A stretch of DNA of 64,000 bases, from IMG/VR virus record IMGVR_UViG_2595698868_000001, positions 1-64,000 of that record; one strand, 5' to 3'. Under the pieces are notes generated by a model. That model ran no database searches, was not told the DNA's origin, and saw only the letters and a program-made list of their open reading frames with translations. A program made the position numbers and the translations under genes. Source of the stretch: a virus. Its lineage: Duplodnaviria > Caudoviricetes. Below, in pieces: positions 9,535-18,533 of this stretch (position 1 is the stretch's first letter; every line of letters starts with the position of its first letter).

Positions 9535-10104
9535 ATGATGAACAATCCGCACTCGCTCGCGATCCTCAAAATCGCGAACCGCATCCTTCCGCTGACGCAC
9601 CTGCACGCCACGGAACAACGCCGCCCGGCTATCGACATCATCGGCGACCTGTACAAGGTCGCGGACGACATCGACAAGGAAGCCGCGCCGGCCGTCACCC
9701 TGCCCGCCGGTAACGAGACGCTGGCCAAGCTGGGCGCCGCCGTCGCGCTGGCTCGCCTGGAACTCGAAAGCGCCTATCAGCGGACCGAAAGCCTTAGCGA
9801 GCGTCACCGCCTCGCGCCGCTCATCGCGACGATGTCGGAAGCGCTCAAGGCGTACCGCGCCGACCCGGCGACGCCCAAGGCCCCGGCCGCGCCGCTTCCG
9901 CACGCCTTCGCGACGATCCCGGACGGTTCGGCCCTGGAGCGCGCCACGGCCGCCGGAATCGCGATCTTTCAGGCCGAAGGCTCGACGTTCTACACGCCCG
10001 GCCCGTCCGCCAACTTCACCCGCGACGACTGGCGCGGCCCGTACTACGGCGCGGCCGAAGCCGCCCGCGCCGCCCTGGCCGAACGCTCCGGCAAGGCGGC
10101 CTAG
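9535..10104 (+). CDS. Hypothetical early protein
   Basis: Promoter 9472 and GGAG. Confidence 0.8.
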   Translation: MMNNPHSLAILKIANRILPLTHLHATEQRRPAIDIIGDLYKVADDIDKEAAPAVTLPAGNETLAKLGAAVALARLELESAYQRTESLSERHRLAPLIATMSEALKAYRADPATPKAPAAPLPHAFATIPDGSALERATAAGIAIFQAEGSTFYTPGPSANFTRDDWRGPYYGAAEAARAALAERSGKAA

Positions 10105-10107
10105 CCT

Positions 10108-10605
10108 ATGCCGTACATCCCTGACGAACATTTCGCCTATTGCGTGGAGCAAGCCGCGCCTTCGCCCTGGATGCACCTCGTTCGCGGCGCGCTCAAGCTC
10201 TACGACGCCGGCCACGGCTCCAAGTCGTGGCAAGCGGTCCACGGGCGGCAAGCCATCGGCGAAGCTATGGTTGCGCTCAACGGCGCGCCCCTGGCGTTCT
10301 TCGGCGGCCTGACTCGTGACGAGTCTTACCGCTACAAGGGTGACGACCGCCCGGCGTCGGAAGTCCCGGACGCTCTGGAGACGCTCGCCGCGCTCCTCGC
10401 GCCTCTGGAGCAAGCGCCGGAGGAAGTGGCGGACCTCGTCGCCAAGATCGCCGCCGCGCAAGCCATCATCGACGAGGACGACGCCAAAACGTCGCAACTC
10501 GACATGATGAACGGCCACGAACGGGCGCACGTCGAGTGCGACCTGTACCGGGCAAAGCTCGCCCTGGCGAACCTTCAACTTCAAGCCATCCGCAAGGAAG
10601 CCTAA
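10108..10605 (+). CDS. Hypothetical early protein
   Basis: Operon spacing of 3 nt. Confidence 0.8.
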   Translation: MPYIPDEHFAYCVEQAAPSPWMHLVRGALKLYDAGHGSKSWQAVHGRQAIGEAMVALNGAPLAFFGGLTRDESYRYKGDDRPASEVPDALETLAALLAPLEQAPEEVADLVAKIAAAQAIIDEDDAKTSQLDMMNGHERAHVECDLYRAKLALANLQLQAIRKEA

Positions 10606-10608
10606 CCG

Positions 10609-11079
10609 ATGAGCTACGACACGAAAACGCTCGCCGCGCAAACGATCATCGACGCGCACACCGCCGGCCGTGGCCTGGAGGATGACCAGAGCCGGGCAAC
10701 CGACCTCTACCACGTTCTCGACTCGCTGCTGACGTGGTGCGACTTCCACCGCGTGGATTTCGACGCCACGCTTTCGGAACTTCGCGCCGACCTCGCCAGC
10801 GACAAGCCGACCGAAACCGCTAAGACGGTCGCGGTAACGCTGGACAAAAGCGACGCCGTGGAAGTCCTGGCGCGCTTCTACACGATTGCGGAAGCGGAGG
10901 CCTATCTAGCCGGCCCCGGTATCGACGCCGAAGCCCTCCACGCGGGGCGCTACGGTATCGACGCGCCGCACGGGCTGGGCCATGACTCCGAAGCCGTCCC
11001 GCTGGCGCGCAAGCTGGGCTATCTGGGCAAGGATTGCCCGGCCGCCGCCTTCGCCTTCCTCTCGACTCGGGAGCCCTAG
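10609..11079 (+). CDS. Hypothetical early protein
   Basis: Operon spacing of 3 nt, AAGGA RBS. Confidence 0.8.
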   Translation: MSYDTKTLAAQTIIDAHTAGRGLEDDQSRATDLYHVLDSLLTWCDFHRVDFDATLSELRADLASDKPTETAKTVAVTLDKSDAVEVLARFYTIAEAEAYLAGPGIDAEALHAGRYGIDAPHGLGHDSEAVPLARKLGYLGKDCPAAAFAFLSTREP

Positions 11080-11082
11080 CCC

Positions 11083-11523
11083 ATGACCAAGCGCAAAGCG
11101 TGGCCCGCCCCGAACCTCTTCGCCCGCTACAGCGTCGCCGGCCTCGCCGACGCGGACAAGATCGCCCGCCGGCCGTCCCTGGCCTGCATCCGGCATTTCG
11201 TCCGGGAAGCCGCCAAAGCCAAGGCGGACGCCGCCGCCCGCCTCGCTGATCAAAAGTGGATGCGGGACGCCTCGGACATGGCGCAAAGCTGGACCCGCGA
11301 CACGGCGAGCCGGAGCATTCACGCCATCGCCCGGAAGGCCCTGGAATATGCCCGAATGCGGGCGTTCCTGACTGTCTCGCCGGAGCGGGCCGGCTCCTAC
11401 GCGCCCGCCGGCTGGCCTATCGACCGCCCGGCCCGTGACCAGTGGCAAGCGCTCAACCCGCCGCCGGCCCGTGACTACGACTCGTTGATCGGCCGCGCCT
11501 CTCGCGCCGCCGGCTGGCCCTAA
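11083..11523 (+). CDS. Hypothetical early protein
   Basis: GGAG RBS. Confidence 0.75.
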   Translation: MTKRKAWPAPNLFARYSVAGLADADKIARRPSLACIRHFVREAAKAKADAAARLADQKWMRDASDMAQSWTRDTASRSIHAIARKALEYARMRAFLTVSPERAGSYAPAGWPIDRPARDQWQALNPPPARDYDSLIGRASRAAGWP

Positions 11524-11539
11524 CCGGAGGAACCCGCCC

Positions 11540-11827
11540 ATGGCTGACCTGATCAAGCTCAACCCCGAACCCGCCAACATGACCGCCGTCAAGCTCGGCG
11601 CCGTCACCCTGTATTTCAGCTATCAGACCCTTGTCGGGTTCACGTGTCCGCATCTGGGCACGGTGTCCAATCCGGACGGCAAGGGCTACGGCCGAACGAC
11701 CGCCGGACATATGACGAAATTCGGCCTTTCCGGCGCTCGGACCACGGCGACGGAGTCCGATTTCCAGACCCTGGCGCTTCGCGCCGTTCAAGGCCACGTC
11801 CGCGACATCGGCGGCCTGTTGACCTAG
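11540..11827 (+). CDS. Hypothetical early protein
   Basis: GGAGG RBS; LYFSY.T.V motif. Confidence 0.8.
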   Translation: MADLIKLNPEPANMTAVKLGAVTLYFSYQTLVGFTCPHLGTVSNPDGKGYGRTTAGHMTKFGLSGARTTATESDFQTLALRAVQGHVRDIGGLLT

Positions 11828-11841
11828 CCGGCCCCGTACAA

Positions 11842-11942
11842 GAGTCACGTTTCGGGCCTAACCTGACTCCCAAGGAGTCACATTTTCGCCGAACCCTGAC
11901 TCTGCCACGATTTCCCGTCACGTTTCAGACCTAACGTGACTC
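11842..11942. promoter_or_regulatory. Three tandem GAGTCA-N16-TGACTC palindromic operators
   Basis: 11842-11869, 11875-11902, 11916-11942; the same element occurs at 39623 and 48758. Confidence 0.75.
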
Positions 11943-12132
11943 ATCCGATTTTCTCAGTAGAAACAAGGAGTTAACTTGCGCTTCATCGAACACGTGTTGG
12001 AAGGTTCGGGCCTCATCTTCGCCATCGTGATTCTTTTTCTGCTGCATTAACCTCTTGTTAAGAAATAGGGGTTAGGTCTAGAGGGGTCAGGCGCACACCG
12101 CGCCGGCCCCTCTTTCTGTTGGAGCGCAGACA

Positions 12133-12624
12133 ATGCCCGACTACAAGACGAACGATCCCAAGGGCTACATGGGCGACCCCCGCCGGGGCGCCGCCATGGG
12201 CCGCCCGACCTATGCGCCGGACGCCGCCGGCTGGACCGTGGAAGGCCTGGAAACGGCCGCCGCCCTCGAAGAGGACCGCGCCCGGATCGCCGAAGAGCAA
12301 CGCGAGAACCGCCCCGGCGACGGCTACAAGCGCCAGTGCTGGGAAGCCGCCGCCGCGTCGTTCCGCAAGGAAGCCGAACGCCTCCGTTCGCTCATCCCGG
12401 CCGCCCGCGCCATGCTCGCCGCCTCGCCGAAGATCACCCTTCAACGCGTCCGCCTGGACTCGGGCGGCTACGACTCGAACGGAACCTATTTCGGGCATGA
12501 CCTCCCCCTGTATTGGGCGGCGGACGAGTCCGGCGACTATGACGCGACGTTCCGCGCCGCCGACCGCAACGCGGCGAAGGCCATCGTTCGCGAGACGTAC
12601 CCCGGCGCCCGCTTCCACAACTAG
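12133..12624 (+). CDS. Hypothetical early protein
   Basis: Promoter 12047 and GGAG; RVRLDSGGYD..G.YFG motif. Confidence 0.85.
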   Translation: MPDYKTNDPKGYMGDPRRGAAMGRPTYAPDAAGWTVEGLETAAALEEDRARIAEEQRENRPGDGYKRQCWEAAAASFRKEAERLRSLIPAARAMLAASPKITLQRVRLDSGGYDSNGTYFGHDLPLYWAADESGDYDATFRAADRNAAKAIVRETYPGARFHN

Positions 12625-12701
12625 CTGGCGTTAAGGGGTTGTTAAGAAATAGCCGGTAGGTTCATCCCTACCGGCGCACCCCGCGCCCTGGAGAAAATCG
12701 G

Positions 12702-13550
12702 ATGACCTCGCAACTCTGCATCGCCGACGAAAACGCCGCCCTGGATTTCCTGGCGCGCGCTGTCCCCGCCCTCTGTGACGCCGGCATAATGCCGCCGACG
12801 CTGGATATCCTGGACTCGCTCGCCGCCAATCCGAACGCATACGGCCTTAGCCGCGTCCCGACCCTGGCGCCCCTCGCCGCCGAATGGGCGGGGCCGTATC
12901 AGACGCAAGCGAACGACGGCGAAGGCCCGACCACGGTCCGGGCTCTGATCGTCGCCGCGCTGGGCGCCGATGAGTCCGGCAACTTCGATATCGGGTTCCG
13001 CACCTACGCCGTGAACGACACGGAACACTGGAATCTTGCCGGGACTCCTCTTGAGGGCGTGCCGGCCTATAGCCTGTATTTGATCCGCGAAGGCGAGCAA
13101 ACTTACATGTGCTCGCTCACGCCATCGAGCTACGCCTATGGGATTCAGAACGTGTTCCTCTATCCCGATCAAGAGGGCTTGCCGGCTGTCAATGAGTACG
13201 GGCAAACGGCGGTTGAAGCGTACATGGACGCTGAAAACCCCGAATATGAGGCCGTCGAAGATACCTATTTCGGGTATATGGGCGACCGCGAAGCCCTGGA
13301 CCGCCGCGAAGCCGAAGAGGGCGACGTTTCGGAGCGCCTTAGCTTCGATAAGTCGGTTTTCCGTGTGGACCTCTCCACGCTGGACGGGTTCGCCGCGTCG
13401 CCGGCCAATCCCCGCGAAACGACCGCGTTCGCCGACTTCGAAACCCTCGCCGCCGCCTTCTACAAGGCCGCGTGCGACTCGGCTTGGGAGGACGCGAAGG
13501 AATACGTTAGCGGCAACGCTACGGAACCGCGCATTTTAACGGGTTGTTAA
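12702..13550 (+). CDS. Hypothetical acidic early protein
   Basis: Promoter, hairpin, GGAG. Confidence 0.85.
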   Translation: MTSQLCIADENAALDFLARAVPALCDAGIMPPTLDILDSLAANPNAYGLSRVPTLAPLAAEWAGPYQTQANDGEGPTTVRALIVAALGADESGNFDIGFRTYAVNDTEHWNLAGTPLEGVPAYSLYLIREGEQTYMCSLTPSSYAYGIQNVFLYPDQEGLPAVNEYGQTAVEAYMDAENPEYEAVEDTYFGYMGDREALDRREAEEGDVSERLSFDKSVFRVDLSTLDGFAASPANPRETTAFADFETLAAAFYKAACDSAWEDAKEYVSGNATEPRILTGC

Positions 13551-13613
13551 GAAATAGCCTGTAGGTTCTCCCATGGGCGGCGGATCGGCCGCCGCCCTAC
13601 CGGAGCGCCTAAC

Positions 13614-13826
13614 ATGGCTTTCTCGACCGCCGCCCTTAACGCTCACGTCGCCGAAGTGGCGGAATGTGAGTCCGACCTGAACGAAGCCTTTGAGGCTTTC
13701 GACCGGGGCGAAGCGCCCGACCGTGGCGACTGCGATTATGCGTTTCTGAAGCTGGAAACGGCGGAAATGCACCTCGCGCAATTCCTGGCGCCGGTCCTGG
13801 CGTCGCCGATCTTCGTTCACGCCTAG
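13614..13826 (+). CDS. Hypothetical early protein
   Basis: Promoter, hairpin, GGAG. Confidence 0.75.
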   Translation: MAFSTAALNAHVAEVAECESDLNEAFEAFDRGEAPDRGDCDYAFLKLETAEMHLAQFLAPVLASPIFVHA

Positions 13827-13837
13827 GAGGGCCTGAC

Positions 13838-14053
13838 ATGTCCAAGCGTCCCGATTTCACCGGCCGCCTTCCCGTCCGCGACGACGTGCAAACGGTGACG
13901 TGTCACCGGCCGCCGACGCGCTCGGAAATCAGCTTTGGTCACGGCGCGACGCATTACCGGGATTTCCCGGTTGCGGCCGTGTGCTGGGCCGGAACCCGAT
14001 TCAAGAAAACGTGGTTCGTCGCCGACGACGGACTCCGTTATTACACGTCTTAA
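13838..14053 (+). CDS. Hypothetical early protein
   Basis: AGGAGG RBS. Confidence 0.8.
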   Translation: MSKRPDFTGRLPVRDDVQTVTCHRPPTRSEISFGHGATHYRDFPVAAVCWAGTRFKKTWFVADDGLRYYTS

Positions 14054-14130
14054 CCTCTTGTTAAGAAATAGGCCCTATGGTCTATTTCGAGGGCGGCGGA
14101 TCGGCCGCCGCCCGAACCGGAGTAGACGAG

Positions 14131-14562
14131 ATGTCCGCCCGCTTTCAAACCGCCGCCGCCGCCCGTCAATTCATGCTCGGCGGTAACGCCGTGGTCACGC
14201 TGCAAAGCGAAAAGACCGGCGCGCGCTTCACCTACAAAATCAAGGCCGCCCCTGACGGCGCGGTGTCGTTCGTTAAGCTCCTGACGGGTCAGGACAACGA
14301 ATCGGATTACGCCTATATCGGGTTGATCCGGGGCGCTCAATTCGCCCGGACGGCTAAGGCCCGCGTCACCGCCGACGCCCCTAGCGTCAAGGCCCTGGAA
14401 TGGGCCTGGAAGGCGCTTAGCGCGGATCGCCTCCCCGATACCCTGGCGATCTTCCATGAGGGCCGTTGCGGGCGCTGCAATCGCCTCCTGACGGTCCCCG
14501 AGTCCATCGAGTCGGGCTTCGGTCCCGAATGCGCCGGCCGCGTCCTGCGCCAAGCCGCCTAA
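14131..14562 (+). CDS. DUF6011-like zinc-binding phage protein
   Basis: HEGRCGRCNRLLTVPESIESGFGPEC motif. Confidence 0.8.
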   Translation: MSARFQTAAAARQFMLGGNAVVTLQSEKTGARFTYKIKAAPDGAVSFVKLLTGQDNESDYAYIGLIRGAQFARTAKARVTADAPSVKALEWAWKALSADRLPDTLAIFHEGRCGRCNRLLTVPESIESGFGPECAGRVLRQAA

Positions 14563-14609
14563 CCCTCAACGGGCGGGCCTCGCGCCCGCCCAAGCCCTGG
14601 AGTCCGCTC

Positions 14610-14840
14610 ATGGCCTATTACCCGCCCGTCAAAGGTCAAGTTCACCGTTTTCGCGATTCGGTCTGCCTGTACGTCGGGACCGGCGAGACGGTTTACGTCT
14701 CGGCCGCCGACGCCCGCAAGATCGCCCGCGCCCTGAACCGCGCCGCCAAGTCCTGCACCTCGGAGCCGTTCGCCCAAAGCTCCGGCCTGACGTTCTCGTT
14801 CTCGTTCGCGGACGGCCGCGAAAAAGACCTCCCGCGTTAA
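14610..14840 (+). CDS. Hypothetical early protein
   Basis: Hairpin and GGAG. Confidence 0.75.
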   Translation: MAYYPPVKGQVHRFRDSVCLYVGTGETVYVSAADARKIARALNRAAKSCTSEPFAQSSGLTFSFSFADGREKDLPR

Positions 14841-14918
14841 CTTGTTGTTAAGAAATGCCGTCTAGGGTGACGGCATGGGGCGGCGGATCGGCCGCCGCCC
14901 TAGCTGGAGCGAAAGCCC

Positions 14919-15218
14919 ATGACCAAGACCAAGCGTCCCGCCGGCTACTACTCGAAAGCCGCCCGTGAAGCCCGCGCCCTGGCTCGCCAGCGCCGCGCCG
15001 CCGCCCGCCTCAACTGGTCGGATGAAAAGCGCGTCAAGATGGCCGCCAAGTCCGCCAAGTTCTTCGCCAAACACGCGGCCCGCGCCGCCCTGGCGGGTAA
15101 CGAAAAGGAAACCCGCCGCCTATCGGTTCACATGACCCGATTCGACAACGTGCGCCGCGCGCTCGGCGCCGTCCTGGCGGTCCGCGCCGCTCGCTTCCGC
15201 ATCGAGGCCGCCGCTTAA
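14919..15218 (+). CDS. Basic hypothetical early protein
   Basis: Promoter, hairpin, GGAG. Confidence 0.75.
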   Translation: MTKTKRPAGYYSKAAREARALARQRRAAARLNWSDEKRVKMAAKSAKFFAKHAARAALAGNEKETRRLSVHMTRFDNVRRALGAVLAVRAARFRIEAAA

Positions 15219-15248
15219 GGCGGCCTCACAACCTCGAAAGGACAACCC

Positions 15249-15446
15249 TTGAAACACGCCGCCGACGTTCTCGCTATCGCCGCTGTCTGCGCTTTCCTCG
15301 GCTTCCTCGCGTGGAATAACGCGCATCCGCCCATGATCGCCGTGGGCCTGGACTGTCGGGGCGAAGCCGTCCGCGTCTACGGCGCCGACGACGCCCCGGA
15401 AGCCTCCAAGGTCTGCCGGACCGTGGAAATCCACAAGGCCCCCTAG
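15249..15446 (+). CDS. Small membrane-anchored protein
   Basis: AAAGGA RBS, TTG start, hydrophobic N-terminus. Confidence 0.65.
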   Translation: MKHAADVLAIAAVCAFLGFLAWNNAHPPMIAVGLDCRGEAVRVYGADDAPEASKVCRTVEIHKAP

Positions 15447-15539
15447 AAAGTTCGGCCTCTTAACTTCTTGTTAAGAAATGGCCTCTAGAGTGACTACATG
15501 GGCGGCGGATCGGCCGCCGCCCGAACCGGGAAAACCAAG

Positions 15540-15920
15540 ATGACCCGTCAAGCTAAGCCCTTCGCTCACCTCAAGGCCAAGAGCGAAACCAAGGCGCAAG
15601 CCCTGCTCCGCCTTTCCGAGTTCTCGCGCTTCGGTGCGATGGCGCAACTGTTCATCATCAACGCGCTGAATCACAAGTTCGGCGACCTGGAATATGTCGG
15701 TCGCGAGACGAACACGGACAAGCTCAAGCAAGCCCTTAAGTTCGCGCCGTCTATGACTATCGAGGCCATCGAGAAAGAGGCCGCCGGAGTCGCTGGCGCT
15801 GGCCTGGAAGGGGTCCGCGAGTCCTTCGCCCAGAAAGGCGCAAGCGGCTTCATCAACCCCGATGCGTGGCATGGGGTTGCGGTGGAAATCAAAACCGCCC
15901 TCGACGCCGCCAAGGCCTAA
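15540..15920 (+). CDS. Hypothetical early protein
   Basis: Promoter and hairpin. Confidence 0.8.
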   Translation: MTRQAKPFAHLKAKSETKAQALLRLSEFSRFGAMAQLFIINALNHKFGDLEYVGRETNTDKLKQALKFAPSMTIEAIEKEAAGVAGAGLEGVRESFAQKGASGFINPDAWHGVAVEIKTALDAAKA

Positions 15921-15994
15921 CCCCTGACCCTGTAGCGTAACGGGGCGGCGGATCGGCCGCCGCCCCTAACCCCCTAGGACTGGAGTCCTTCGCA

Positions 15995-16189
15995 ATGTCC
16001 CGTTCGTTCCGTCACTCCCCCGCCTTCGAAGATACCCGCGCCGAATTCGCGGCCCGGAAAAACGCCCGTGAAGCCCGCAAGGCGGAATTCCGTGCGCTGG
16101 GCTTCGAAGAGGCCGAAGCCCTGGCCGTGCGTCCCCTGCATCGCCCCTACAAGGGCCGGAATCGGTCGGTCCTGGACATCGACGCCTAG
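15995..16189 (+). CDS. Hypothetical early protein
   Basis: Hairpin and GGAG. Confidence 0.7.
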   Translation: MSRSFRHSPAFEDTRAEFAARKNAREARKAEFRALGFEEAEALAVRPLHRPYKGRNRSVLDIDA

Positions 16190-16278
16190 GCCCGGAAACG
16201 GCCCGCCTAGAGCCCCTACAGAAGGCCCGCCCTAATCGGCGGGCCTTTACTGTTTGGTAAGACCTTCCCCGCTAGAGT

Positions 16279-16497
16279 GTGCGTATGGACAAGCCCGCCC
16301 TCTTCGAAGTGATCACGCGCCACGCCGACGGATCGGCTACCCGTGGGATCGTCCCCGCCGCTCTGGTCAAGACGGCTTACGCGCAAGCCTTGCGCAAGGC
16401 CTGGAAAGCCAAGGCGGGCGACCTCGTGTCCGTCTACCCCTACGGGGTGGCCCTGCCGAACACGCCCGCCAATGTCGAAAGACTTTTCACGCTTTAA
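16279..16497 (+). CDS. Hypothetical early protein
   Basis: Follows degenerate promoter 16246; possibly leaderless. Confidence 0.6.
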   Translation: MRMDKPALFEVITRHADGSATRGIVPAALVKTAYAQALRKAWKAKAGDLVSVYPYGVALPNTPANVERLFTL

Positions 16498-16558
16498 CCT
16501 CTTGTTAAGAAATACCCTCTAGGGTAGGCACATGGGCAAGGCCCTAGGAGACAAAGCG

Positions 16559-16768
16559 ATGACCCTGCATCACACCCTTATGACCGCTCTGGACACCGCC
16601 CAGATGAACGGCGCGCAAGCCGATCCGCTTCACGCGGACATCCGCCGCGCCCTGCGCCTCGCCCAGATGGCGGGCGTTACCCTGGACACGGCCGAAGAGG
16701 TCGCCGCCGCCGTCCTGCGCATGAAGGTTGCGCAGCAACAGGCCCGCCGCCGCTCGCGCCGGGCCTAA
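16559..16768 (+). CDS. Hypothetical early protein
   Basis: Promoter and AGGAG. Confidence 0.75.
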   Translation: MTLHHTLMTALDTAQMNGAQADPLHADIRRALRLAQMAGVTLDTAEEVAAAVLRMKVAQQQARRRSRRA

Positions 16769-16869
16769 GGAAGAAAGTTGAAGGCGTTTACCTCTTGTTA
16801 AGAAATAGGGGGTATGGTCTTCACATGGGCGGCGGACTTCCCCGCCGCCCTCACCTCGGAGCCCCTGCC

Positions 16870-17082
16870 ATGTTCCCCCGTAACGTCGCGATCGCCGAAG
16901 CCGCTCAGTTCTCGCAAGTGTCGATGGCTGATTACCGTGAGCACGTCGCCGAAGAGCGTCACGCGATGCGCGTGAAGCTGGCGAAGCAAGCCAAGCTTAA
17001 GGCGGACATCAAGGCGGGCGCGTTCGCCTTCGCCCTGGCCTTCGTGGCTGCTGGCGTGGTCCTCGCTCTGGGCGTGTTCTAG
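16870..17082 (+). CDS. Small protein with C-terminal transmembrane helix
   Basis: Promoter, hairpin, GGAG. Confidence 0.75.
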   Translation: MFPRNVAIAEAAQFSQVSMADYREHVAEERHAMRVKLAKQAKLKADIKAGAFAFALAFVAAGVVLALGVF

Positions 17083-17403
17083 AGGGAGTGGGTCGCCCTC
17101 GGCGAGAGTCGAGGGTACCTGAAAGAATCCATCCGGACCCCTTGACAAAATCGGGGGGCCGGGGGAGGGTCGAGTTTCAAAATGGGACACCCAGGGACCC
17201 AAGGCCGGGGTGGGTTGTTAACCATTTTTCCGGGGCGCCTAGTGTAGTGACCGCGTTTTGATGTGCGGGTCAATGGCGTCAGAGATTTCGAAAAATTTCT
17301 CAGAGGAGTAGGGGACCCAGGCCAGCGGCTTTTGGATTCGAAAACACGAATCTGGCTGACCGAAATTTTATTTCTGTAAAATAGGGGTCAATAAGCTCAA
17401 ACG

Positions 17404-17440
17404 AAAAAGCCCGGCGGTGATCGGCACCGCCGGGCTTTCG
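17404..17440. terminator. Bidirectional intrinsic terminator
   Basis: AAAAAGCCCGGCGGTG-ATCGG-CACCGCCGGGCTTT. Confidence 0.8.
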
Positions 17441-17494
17441 TGAACGAAACTCGCGCTCCGCTCAGCCTGAACAAGACCATAAACCACAGCCCGA

Positions 17495-18460
17495 TCAGGC
17501 CGTCAAGCGAGCCCCGGTAAGACCCGACAGGCGCACTCCGGCGCGACCGCTCATCACGCCCAGGGCGACCAGCCATTCGTAGCGCGTACGCTGCACCGGA
17601 ATGTGCTCGACGTAGCCCAGGTCATCCACCTGGACCGAACCGTTCTGGAGTCCGGTGACGCCGTGCTTGCCGATATTCAGTACGTAGGCATCCGTTTCCA
17701 AGATGGCTGGCTTACCTTCCAGGCGGTAATCGACGATCACGGTGACCGTGTTGTCCTCGTCGGCGGTGGTGTAGCGATAGGTGCCCTTAGTGCGCTTGAG
17801 CAGCCGACGCTTCTTCATGGCGTCGCGCATTTCGACCGAAACGAGAAGGTAGTTGGGATCGTCGACCATGGCGATTGCTTGGTCCAGGACAGTACGGCTG
17901 AGCACGCCGTTGACTTGGAAGTGCTGACCGCCCACGAAGCGCTGACGCAGCCCATCGGCGACGCGCGGATCGACGTCCGAGTCACCGTTCACTAGTGAGT
18001 TGGTCAGGTAGTAGGCCTTCTCACGCAGGTACATGCGGCGCTGCGCCGGCACGATCGCTTCGCCGTGAGTCTTGATGAGGGCCTTGTCGACGTCGCAGTC
18101 GCCGCCGGCGATTTTCAGGACTTCAACAGTGGGGTTGACCACGCCGACTCCGCTATTCATGGTCTCGGGGCGGCCCTTGAAGGCGATTCCAGGCAGCCAG
18201 CCCTCTTGGATATAGGTGAAGCTACCTCCCGCAATGTCGAGCCAGGGCAGCGCGCGCATCAGTTCGGATTCGGACAGATATTGGACGGCTTCAGCGTAGA
18301 GGTCGCCCGGCTTATCCTTAGCGGACCAGGGCGTACCGGCTTGCGCCGTGATGTTGGTGGTATCCATGGCCGGCGAAGCGGCAGCTTGGGTCGCAACGTT
18401 GAGCGCGGGAACGGCGACGAACAGGCCCAGCAGGGACTTAAAGAAGTTACGACGTTGCAC
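17495..18460 (-). CDS. Major capsid protein paralogue with N-terminal twin-arginine (Tat)-like signal peptide
   Basis: GTG 18460 with AGGAG RBS; MQRRNFFKSLLGLFVAVPALNVATQAAA; the body aligns by eye with MCP 39756-40688 along its length. Confidence 0.85.
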   Translation of the reverse strand: MQRRNFFKSLLGLFVAVPALNVATQAAASPAMDTTNITAQAGTPWSAKDKPGDLYAEAVQYLSESELMRALPWLDIAGGSFTYIQEGWLPGIAFKGRPETMNSGVGVVNPTVEVLKIAGGDCDVDKALIKTHGEAIVPAQRRMYLREKAYYLTNSLVNGDSDVDPRVADGLRQRFVGGQHFQVNGVLSRTVLDQAIAMVDDPNYLLVSVEMRDAMKKRRLLKRTKGTYRYTTADEDNTVTVIVDYRLEGKPAILETDAYVLNIGKHGVTGLQNGSVQVDDLGYVEHIPVQRTRYEWLVALGVMSGRAGVRLSGLTGARLTA

Positions 18461-18533
18461 CTGAATCTCCTGATTGATGGAACGGCTCAGGTTGTATCGC
18501 GTGCCAGTATGGCTGTCCATACATCGCGAGTGA

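Larger units (their letters stand above)
1881..16808. promoter_or_regulatory. About 22 dispersed early promoters TT(A/T)A-N7-TTAA-GAAATAG-N4-TAgggT (CtrA-box type)
   Basis: Plus-strand copies at 2721, 3487, 3988, 4708, 5076, 5209, 6199, 7284, 8260, 9472, 12047, 12631, 13536, 14050, 14837, 15460, 16494, 16787; minus-strand copies at ~1881, 2680, 3447, 8219; degenerate copy at 16246. Confidence 0.85.
1..17250. repeat. Probable long terminal repeat / early region (right boundary approximate)
   Basis: Non-coding repeat-rich start, then small genes each behind the same promoter motif. The motif stops at ~16.8 kb and a GGGACCC-rich non-coding stretch follows. phiCbK-like phages carry long terminal repeats. 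The second copy is not visible in this window. Confidence 0.6.
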
